Shown: piece by piece, positions 54,901-64,000 of the stretch
Numbering within the stretch: the stretch's first letter is position 1
How the letters are laid out: every line of letters starts with the position of its first letter
Source of the DNA: Antedon mediterranea
Taxonomy: Eukaryota > Animalia > Echinodermata
Assembly: GCF_964355755.1 (NCBI RefSeq)
Contig: NC_092677.1
Coordinates: forward strand, 2,626,101 to 2,690,100
Direction: 5' to 3'
DNA length: 64,000 bases
Program-made: the position numbers and the translations under genes
The notes under the pieces: model-generated
Told to the model about the DNA's origin: nothing
Seen by the model: only the letters and a program-made list of their open reading frames with translations
Database searches by the model: none

Positions 54901-57900
54901 TTAAATGCATACACAGTATGATACAGAGGCAGATTTCAGATATCCACTTGCTTTAAATATTACTGTATAATATGAAATGAATGCTAGTCGTCATTTTATG
55001 GCCAGATGCTCTCCGGTACATTTATGATACTGAATGCTAGCCGTCATTCTATGGCCAGATGCCCTCCGGTACATTTATGCTACTGAATGCTAGCCGTCAT
55101 TTTATGGCCAGATGCTCTCCGGTACATTTATGCTACTGAATGCTAGCCGTCATTTTATGGCCAGATGCTCTCCGGTACATTTATGCTACTGAATGCTAGC
55201 CGTCATTTTATGGCCAGATGCTCTCCGGTACATTTATGCTACTGAATGCTAGCCGTCATTCTATGGCCAGATGCTCTCCGGTACATTTATGCTACTGAAT
55301 GCTAGCCGTCATTTTATGGCCAGATGCTCTCCGGTACATTTATGCTGCTGAATGCTAGCCGTCATTCTATGGCCAGATGCTCTCCGGTACATTTATGCTA
55401 CTGAATGCTAGCCGTCATTTTATGGCCAGATGCTCTCCGGTACATTTATGCTGCTGAATGCTAGCCGTCATTCTATGGCCAGATGCTCTCCGGTACATTT
55501 ATGCTACTGAATGCTAGCCGTCATTCTATGGCCAGATGCTCTCTCCGGTACATTTATGCTACTGAATGCTAGCCGTCATTTTATGGCCAGATGCTCTCCG
55601 GTACATTTATGCTGCTGAATGCTAGCCGTCATTCTATGGCCAGATGCTCTCCGGTACATTTATGCTGCTGAATGCTAGCCGTCATTCTATGGCCAGATGC
55701 TCTCCGGTACATTTATGCTACTGAATGCTAGCCGTCATTCTATGGCCAGATGCTCTCTCCGGTACATTTATGCTACTGAATGCTAGCCGTTATTCTATGG
55801 CCAGATGCTCTCAGGTACATTTATGCTACTGAATGCTAGCCGTCATTCTATGGCCAGATGCTCTCTGGTACATTTATGCTACTGAATGCTAGCCGTCATT
55901 CTATGGCCAGATGCTCTCTGGTACATTTATGCTACTGAATGCTAGCCGTCATTCTATGGCCAGATGCTCTCTGGTACATTTATGCTACTGAATGCTAGCC
56001 GTCATTCTATGGCCAGATGCTCTCCTGTACATTTATGCTACTGAATGCTAGCCGTCATTCTATGGCCAGATGCTCTCCGGTACATTTATGCTACTGAATG
56101 CTAGCCGTCATTCTATGGCCAGATGCTCTCTGGTACATTTATGCTACTGAATGCTAGCCGTCATTCTATGGCCAGATGCTCTCTGGTACATTTATGCTAC
56201 TGAATGCTAGCCGTCATTCTATGGCCAGATGGTCTCTGGTACATTTATGCTACTGAATGCTAGCCGTCATTCTATGGCCAGATGCTCTCTGGTACATTTA
56301 TGCTACTGAATGCTAGCCGTCATTCTATGGCCAGATGCTCTCTGGTACATTTATGCTACTGAATGCTAGCCGTCATTCTATGGCCAGATGCTCTCTGGTA
56401 CATTTATGCTACTGAATGCTAGCCGTCATTCTATGGCCAGATGCTCTCTGGTACATTTATGCTACTGAATGCTAGCCGTCATTCTATGGCCAGATGCTCT
56501 CTGGTACATTTATGCTGCTGAATGCTAGCCGTCATTCTATGGCCAGATGCTCTCTGGTACATTTATGCTGCTGAATGCTAGCCGTCATTCTATGGCCAGA
56601 TGCTCTCTGGTACATTTATGCTACTGAATGCTAGCCGTCATTCTATGGCCAGATGCTCTCTCTGGTACATTTATGCTACTGAATGCTAGCCGTCATTCTA
56701 TGGCCAGATGCTCTCTGGTACATTTATGCTACTGAATGCTAGCCGTCATTCTATGGCCAGATGCTCTCTGGTACATTTATGCTGCTGAATGCTAGCCGTC
56801 ATTCTATGGCCAGATGCTCTCTGGTACATTTATGCTGCTGAATGCTAGCCGTCATTCTATGGCCAGATGCTCTCTCTGGTACATTTATGCTACTGAATGC
56901 TAGCCGTCATTCTATGGCCAGATGCTCTCCGGTACATCTATGCTGCTGAATGCTAGCCGTCATTCTATGGCCAGATGCTCTCCGGTACATCTATGCTGCT
57001 GAATGCTAGCCGTCATTCTATGGCCAGATGCTCTCAGGTACATCTATGCTGCTGAATGCTAGCCGTCATTCTATGGCCAGATGCTCTCCGGTACATCTAT
57101 GCTGCTGAATGCTAGCCGTCATTCTATGGCCAGATGCTCTCAGGTACATCTATGCTGCTGAATGCTAGCCGTCATTCTATGGCCAGATGCTCTCTGGTAC
57201 ATTTATGCTACTGAATGCTAGCCGTCATTCTATGGCCAGATGCTCTCCGGTACATTTATGCTACCTAATTACACATGACATATAGTGTAGTAACTTTAGG
57301 TTTCGCTTTCATACATATTTTGTAGATTTTTACCAGCCACAAGATATGTTGGTTTTTTTTTTATCATTTTTAACCTCTACAGGTATGTTCACCTACAGTA
57401 GTGTAAAAGTAAACATGTAATTTAAAGCGTGTGATAGCGTGAGATGGGTTAAAAACCCACCAATCATGTGTCAGGCAATGATATGTATGCATTATGTAAT
57501 TAAATGATGTGTCCCTCTGCGTATGTATTTATACTTCTAACATAGTGTGTACTGTATCATCATTATGGACTGATAAAGAAGAGACAGCAATTAATGTGGA
57601 CGCAAGCATTTCACTGTCGCTAAAGTATTCCCCGCTGGATCCATTTAATAGTTTAATTTCCCTGAGGGCAGTATTTTTTACAGTGCCATGAAGAGTATTG
57701 TAATTATTGGTTTATAAGCAAATTTTCAACTATTGACCTCTTTTGACCCGTAGGGATTTAGTTATACTTTGCTATTCGATTAACTACATTATGTAGTGAT
57801 TTTGTGTACGCCCTCTAGGCCTACCGTTAAATGTTCGTTCGCTGAGCTTTTAAAGATATCTTAAATACTTTAATTTCCGTAAAGTCAACGTTCGGTTTAA

Positions 57901-60309
57901 TAACTGCACACAGCGATCTTCTACTTTATGCCAGTTAGTCTGTGCACATGTGTGGATGCTGTGTTGACTTCTAAATATAGCAGTCTCATCAGTTTTCTAG
58001 TGTGGGCATGACTGTGATTTAGAAATCATTTCTCTGGCAAGGTTGAGCATAGGTAGGGTAATTACTCAAAATTGAAAATATTAATAAGATGATGAATGTT
58101 ATTGTAGTGGAATGCCACCAGGAACATGTAAACATTTTATAGCCAATACCAATTACCTGTAGTACCAAGCTACTGCAATAATAATAGATGACACAAAATC
58201 CAGCCATTGCCATGACAGTCTAGTCTGTAAAGGCCATTTCTATTTAATTTATTTTCCCAATATAATAACATACAGTACATACCTGGATAAAAAATACAAT
58301 GAAGTAATCACCTGATTGATTTGCCATTGGTCAATTGGCTCCAACAACATTTCATTAAGATCTACGCGACTGGTATTACCCTAAAATGGTACCATCTATA
58401 ATCCATTCGATAGAGCCTTGATTTAATTCAAATCCCTTCTCACTCTTCAATATTAATCAATGCGAGAAGTACGATAGTCTAGCTGACAAGCCTGTCTCTT
58501 AAACTTATTTCTTTTCACTGTTTTTTTTTTTTTTTTTGTAATTTCATTACTACTATTATAGTACCGTATTATGCTTGAATGTTATAACGTATGGATTATA
58601 GATGGTACCGTTTTAGGGTACTACGGGTCGCGTAGATCCTAATAAAATGTTGTGGAAGCCAATTGGCCAATCAATCAAACGTATATGGGCAGGCATAATC
58701 GTATCGTATCCAAACCATTCCATTTGATCCAACACGTCTCGGTGCACTCTTGTTTAAATAGATAGCCTTGTTTAAACCATCACATTATTTGTATGTAATG
58801 ATGTTAAATGAAAGTTACAAAAGTAGTTGTGCGCTAATATCATTTCCGGAAAAGACAAATAAATGTTAGTGTGTTTCTGATTCTTATGAAAGGTGATTTT
58901 ATACTCTGAAGATTCTCAAGATGATAAATGGTAACATAACTTGTTTCAGACAGAAACGAGACAGTGAGTTTCCTTAAGTTGGCACATAGTTAGTTTAACC
59001 CTACAGGCAGAGTTTTTACAAACCAAAGTTCAAATATATTGATTGTTTAAATAAAGTTATGTATCACTTTAATGTTTATACCCCTTAATGTTTGTGTTCA
59101 TTATTATTCACTTATGTGCTGCTTAAATCTGTGGATGACAATCGCTGGAAGCTAAATTTGCTTTTACTTAATTATTTGTGTACATATGTAATAAAGATTT
59201 GCAATTGTTAAGATTATTTTGGAATACTTATTTAAAAGATTTTATTTTTAAATTAATGAAACATTAAATGATACATTAATGTATTGTATTAATGTAGATT
59301 GCTCATCATCTATTATCTAAATGCTTAATGTTATCTTTTAATGTACATCATCTTTACATATATTCATATTACAAACTGGTATGTCATAGCAATCATAATA
59401 CCAGACCACTATAGATTATTTCCATTGGCTATATTTTCATGTGGTGTTGTGTATTCCCTGATTGATGACCAGGTCATCCCCATTACTGACCATGCTGGAC
59501 GAGACTTTCAGTACTTTTACATTTTCTTGGAATCAAATTCAAAATCGTGTCCTTTAATTTATGTTGTTTTTAGTAATAAATTGATATTTTCTGTTGTCAT
59601 CTTTTTAGTAGGCCTTGACAGTAGTGTCTTTTAATTATAGATTATTTAATAAAAAATAATCGATAATAATATCTTTTTAAAGTTGGTCTGGACCTTATTT
59701 AATGGTTCTCAAAACAATACTGCACTTTTATCCTTTTTTGTATATTTTTAAAATAATATCTTGGTATTAATATTAATAGTCTTGAATCACTATAAGATCA
59801 ATGAAGTCAAAATAACATTCAATAGAAAGCATATCTTCTCAATAAAAATAGTGTTTTTCCTTTTTATTAGTCAATAAAAATAAAATATCTTTTTTTTTCA
59901 TTTAGTGATTTTAACTATCAAACTAATTTGATAGTGTGATGTGACAAAACAGGCAAGGACGTTAACCACCAAGCTACAGCTCCATTACAGTTATTATTTA
60001 AAGGCTTCTGTGTTCTTCAACATACTTTCATTCTTCCTTTTGATATTAACTCTTTCTCTCTTTCAGGAATGGTAACTGGTCTGTGTCTGGTGTCCTAGAG
60101 AAGAAGCTTCTCATGACACCATACTCCTTTCCATTCTTCCTTTTGATATTAACTCTTTCTCTCTTTTAGGAATGGTTGATAGTAACTGGTCTGTGTCTGG
60201 TGTCCTAGAGAAGAAGCTTTTACCAATGCCATTCACCTTCGTCATCAGTGGAATGATCAACCATTGGAAGAACAAGAGTCGTTTTGGATTTGGACTTATG
60301 ATTGGTTAG
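39984..60309 (+). CDS. TOMM40: Mitochondrial import receptor subunit TOM40, 328 aa
   Basis: Exons 39984-40161, 43575-43735, 44274-44375, 47471-47699, 48977-49153, 60170-60309 (987 nt, all GT-AG, in phase). MGNV.AA start, [65 protein letters not shown]...FGFGLMIG*. Confidence 0.97.
41850..41961 (+). mobile_element. 3' end of an RTE-like retroelement with (GAT)n tail
   Basis: ...LAKDRCGW...GCAGCCGACTGATGATGAT(n) resembles an RTE ORF end plus microsatellite tail; short and decayed. Confidence 0.45.
45610..46437 (-). mobile_element. 5'-truncated, frameshifted non-LTR retrotransposon (Rex1/Babar-like RT C-terminus)
   Basis: Three consecutive frames give [57 protein letters not shown]...[48 protein letters not shown]; tail AATAAA...(CTTGA)n. 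Confidence 0.88.
49193..49580. repeat. 32-bp minisatellite, ~12 copies
   Basis: TCTAGTGACAATAAACAGCATGCAGTATCTTG tandem, degenerating distally. Confidence 0.93.
49597..49964. repeat. 123-bp perfect tandem triplication
   Basis: TTCATGTGGGATACTGTATACTC...AAACCCCACTGGGTA three times. Confidence 0.95.
51970..52548 (+). pseudogene. KolX / P2X7 cytoplasmic-ballast-like Cys-rich protein, disrupted
   Basis: [21 protein letters not shown] (~52000-52060); after the acceptor at ~52355, [25 protein letters not shown], frameshift, [27 protein letters not shown] (stop 52546-52548). Confidence 0.85.
52726..53725 (-). pseudogene. Kolobok-type transposase, three C-terminal exons, disrupted
   Basis: Exons ~53658-53725 ([22 protein letters not shown]), ~53254-53417 ([36 protein letters not shown]...NKDG) and 52726-~52988 ([11 protein letters not shown]...[10 protein letters not shown]...[29 protein letters not shown]). 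In-frame TAG and a 17-bp duplication (52824-52857). Confidence 0.8.
54978..57263. repeat. 53-bp satellite, ~43 copies
   Basis: TGAATGCTAGCCGTCATTCTATGGCCAGATGCTCTCCGGTACATTTATGCTAC head-to-tail with no spacers. Confidence 0.98.
58325..58672. mobile_element. Degenerate hairpin MITE (~85-bp imperfect IR)
   Basis: CAATTGGCT...GATCTACGCGAC...ACCCTAAAATGGTACCATCTATAATCCAT vs ATGGATTATAGATGGTACCGTTTTAGGGT...GTCGCGTAGATC...AGCCAATTG; no clear TSD. Confidence 0.65.
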
Positions 60310-61019
60310 CTTACATACCTCACGTGATGTGCCCATATATGGACATGATTATATCACTACCATATTTGAACATATCACTACACCATATTTGGGCATATCA
60401 CACTTTTTTTTGTCAAACTAGTTTGATAATGTCGACAGAGTCTAAACTGTGTATGTTTCTAATAGAACCTTGTTAATGTTTTCCACCTACTTCCGAAAAA
60501 CAAAAGGGTTTAAATTTTTTGGAAACATTAGTTGGATGGTACACAACTGGTAGTTACCAAATTAAGATTGGATTGACTCCAATTAGGGACCATTAAAAGC
60601 TAATATTATAGACATCATAACAGGTTGGGTTGGTCTTTCATTGGAATCATATCGCAATGCGAGATAAATTGTTGGGAACTAGGGGTAAATACAATAATAT
60701 ATCAAATAATAATTTAGAGACTTTCTAAAAAATATTGAAATTTTTAACATCATTTAAATTTATTAAACCTCGGTATTTACCAAATTTTAATTGCTTAATG
60801 ATTTTTAAAAAGAAAAACAAGATAGATAAGTTTATTTAGCGTACATCTTCGAACAAGATTTTTATAAACGGGTCAAAGTTCAATTGCAAATTATGTGCTA
60901 CCATGGGTGCTGGAAAATATTGCTCTGGAACTGTTTATACAAGCCACATTCACACTGGTAACTAAATGTCTATTCCTTGTCTTAATTCTGTATTATGTTT
61001 ACATCTGTTGGTAGTTCCA

Positions 61020-61545
61020 AATTATTGTGTGAATCCACCTTAAAATTGCTTATTAATGTGTGAATCCACCTTAAGAAGATTGCTTATGAATTATTGTGTG
61101 AATCCATCCTAAGAAGATTGCTTGTAAATTAATGTGTGAATCCACCTTAAGGCGATTGCTTATAATTTAATGTGTAAATCCACCTTAAGAATGTTTAAAA
61201 ATTAATGTGTGAATCCACTTTAAGATTGCTTATGAATTATTGTGTGAATCCATCCTATGAAAATTGCTTATAAATTAATGTGTGAATCCACTTTAAGATT
61301 GCTTATAAATTAATGTGTGAATCCACTTTAAGATTGTTTATAAATTAATGTGTGAATCCACCTTAAGATTGTTTATACATTAATGTGTGAATCCATCCTA
61401 TGAAGATTGGTTTTAAAATAATGTGTGAATCCACCTTAAGATTGTTATAAATAATGTATGACTCCACCTTAAGATTGTTTATAAATTGTGTGAATCCACC
61501 TTAAGATATCTTATTCTGTAAATTAATGTGTGAATCCACTTTTAT
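61020..61545. repeat. ~35-39-bp minisatellite
   Basis: AATTAATGTGTGAATCCACCTTAAGATTGCTTAT units, about 14 copies. Confidence 0.9.
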
Positions 61546-61695
61546 GTTACTTATTAATCAATAGATTATCTGACATGATCTTTTTATATTAATTGAAGAT
61601 TAGTCAAGATATACATAACTTATAAGAGGCCTACTATATTTACTTTGTATTTGTACTATGACGTCATGCTATTTTGTATTAATGTTGGATGCTCC

Positions 61696-62555
61696 AATAG
61701 AGAGAAATGGTGAACCGACGTCTAAAATCCGAGTGGGTATAAAATCATAACAAACCGTTGAGGGCGGCACATTTCCTATGTTTATACACGTGAATCATGG
61801 CGTCGTCTAACCAATGTTGTTGCTGTAACGCTCATAATTCTTTTCTATTTGTGTATTTAGTCATCCATCATTCACAATCATATTCCTAAAAATATCTCAT
61901 ATATCTGTAGGTCTACATTAGACTAGGCCTATAGTATTAGTAGAATGGTGTTATCAAGTATTCATTACTGGCGGTAGCCCCCCTGCAGGAAGCATCACTA
62001 GCCACATAACCGTTAACAAAATGGCAGTTGTCAAGCTGAAACTAAATGCTAGGCCTACGTCTACTAGAGATGCTCTATTTAGTCTTACTACCTAGCTAGG
62101 AGAGGCCTAGCAGCACCCTAGCTAAAGTAGTAGTAGTACAGTATGCAATAAAGAATTTCCAATATTATTATTATTATTATTATTATAATAACCGATAATC
62201 CGTGCTAGGCTCGCTCGAGTAGGCCTACTCGAGGGTACTACACAGCATCAGCGAAACTATCTAGAGGAGGGCCTAGAGCTGGGTACAGTATATAACAAAA
62301 ACGCGTCTTAATTCAATCCAAATTGAAATAAAATATGTTAAGATTTGCCAATATAACATTAAAATTGTTAAGGGTGTTGCAAAAAAAAAGATACTGCTAT
62401 TATGTGTGTTTTAAACGTTCTTTTCTAACTACCTTTTTAACTCAACCCATCGGAATTTCCCATACAAAAACATGTGGCGAAATGGTTTGTTTACAATCTA
62501 TACCCACTCGGTGAAATTTGAGTGACGTCATCGCGGTTCGCCATTTCTCTCTATT
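61696..62555. mobile_element. Older non-autonomous TIR element
   Basis: AATAGAGAGAAATGGTGAACCG...CCGAGTGGGTATA mirrored by TATACCCACTCGG...CGGTTCGCCATTTCTCTCTATT. Confidence 0.65.
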
Positions 62556-64000
62556 TCATTACAGTTTACATTAAATGAGAAACGTATAAAAATGTAAAAT
62601 TGTATTTGATATTTACGATGACATTTTTATTGAAAACATTTACACAAATGTTAAATGATATACATATAGATTTAGACTTGCCTCAAGTCGCTCGTTATTT
62701 TGTTTTATATAAACGCCTAAATAAATTCCTGTCATTTGATTGGTGGATTGTGGATCACATGGCGTGCAATAATACTCACTATTGAACGGTCGTTCAATAG
62801 TGCATTCACCTCGTTGAAATATAACCTTTCATAATTCACCTCGTCATTATTTGTACCATTACACTACAGTAATAAAGATGTATTATTTGTATGTTAGTCC
62901 ACCAGTCGACATTCTAATGTTTGTCTGTAAACTAGATTCCATGTAGCCCAAATTATACCTATGAAACGCCATGTGTACATTAATGTTTATATTTTAATCA
63001 ACATTAAATCGAATCTAGAACCTAGAATAAAATAGATGCTGAAATAAATAATGTATTGGTAAATAGCCAAATTAACAACACCATATTGCTGCTTTTCTCT
63101 CATCTTTATCGCCTCGCATTCCATTTCTAGACAGCTTGTCGAGTCGTCTTTCACATAGTAGAGCTGGTGTACTTTGTACTGCAATGAAATTTAAGTGACA
63201 TTCATTCTGTTATATTGGTAATAATTCTACTTTACCATGTGAATTGCTGTAAATTTCATTGCTTTTTACGATTAATTTGAAGATTATTTTATATGAACGT
63301 TACAAAATAGTGTTGTTATTACTATAACGTGTTAATGGCAAACTACACACAAAAACGTATGAGGTCAAAAGAATTGCAAAACGAAAAAGCGACCAAAAAA
63401 TTCAAATAGAGGCAGCCACATACGAACAAAAATGAACAAATTAAAACAAAACAGAAACAGAAAAAACGCCTCGAAAGAAAAACGTAGTTAAAAACGAAAA
63501 CGCGATTAAAAACGCAAATATCCAGCCACAAGCGAGCGAACAACTGAGCCACAAATCAAAACGAGTCTACATACAAAATCGCCTCGAAGGAAAACTGAGC
63601 AACAAACGAATAAAATTACGGTCGCAAATGGAAACATGGCCACAAATAAAAAGTCACAAAAAACGGTGACACAAACGAATACGGAACCACTGCCACCGGC
63701 GCCGCACGTGTAAAGGCCAATTTACATAACCGACGGACATGGGGAGATTCTACGTTGGACAAGCCACGCGGTTTTCCCGTTTACCGTTACCGTTCGTCTG
63801 TGTAAATTTGCCTAACCTCAAAGCGTCAAATGAATATATGTATGTGCAGCTGAGAAATAGGAAACTTTAAATGTAATGTATTGTAAGTGGTTCGGTAACA
63901 AAATATTCATTGTCTCAACAATCTGACACACCGCCAATAATTCGTTCTAAGAGTAGTTGACATTTTTTCACAATTAGTTCGGAAATGAGATCACGACACA

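Noticed and set aside
54978-57263. Possible CRISPR array
   Set aside because: Head-to-tail 53-bp units with no unique spacers, no cas genes, eukaryotic intron context.
58019-58213. Short - strand ORF with a signal-peptide-like stretch (possible nested secreted-protein gene)
   Set aside because: Stops after a few residues; no consistent downstream exons or recognisable family. The nearby 57509 and 59341 ORFs are equally unassignable.

Overview
AT-rich, intron-rich eukaryotic (metazoan, probably marine invertebrate; taxon is inference) genomic DNA, not prokaryotic. Six spliced protein-coding genes were reconstructed by hand with phase-consistent exons: the last exon of a two-pore K+ channel (+, 289-920), TBCEL (-, 6 exons), MTERF4 (-, 2 coding exons), a PhyH-family 2OG-Fe(II) dioxygenase (-, 10 exons), ZPR1 (-, 11 exons, with one U12 intron) and TOMM40 (+, 6 exons). 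ZPR1 and TOMM40 are head-to-head, with their ATGs 230 bp apart. Introns are packed with mobile DNA: a 5.2-kb foldback element (9-bp TSD, arms built of 147-149-bp repeats, nested Harbinger-type element, tRNA-like head in the loop), a DINE-1/HINE-like element, a decayed Kolobok transposon (transposase plus a convergent KolX/P2X7-ballast-like gene), a Rex/Babar-like LINE fragment, SINEs, several MITE families and mini/satellites. The most notable oddities are an AA in place of the AG splice acceptor in the otherwise intact dioxygenase gene, a duplicated frameshifted decoy acceptor ahead of the TOMM40 last exon, and the architecture of the foldback element. No CRISPR array or intact RNA gene was found. 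Family assignments come from recalled motifs, not database searches.
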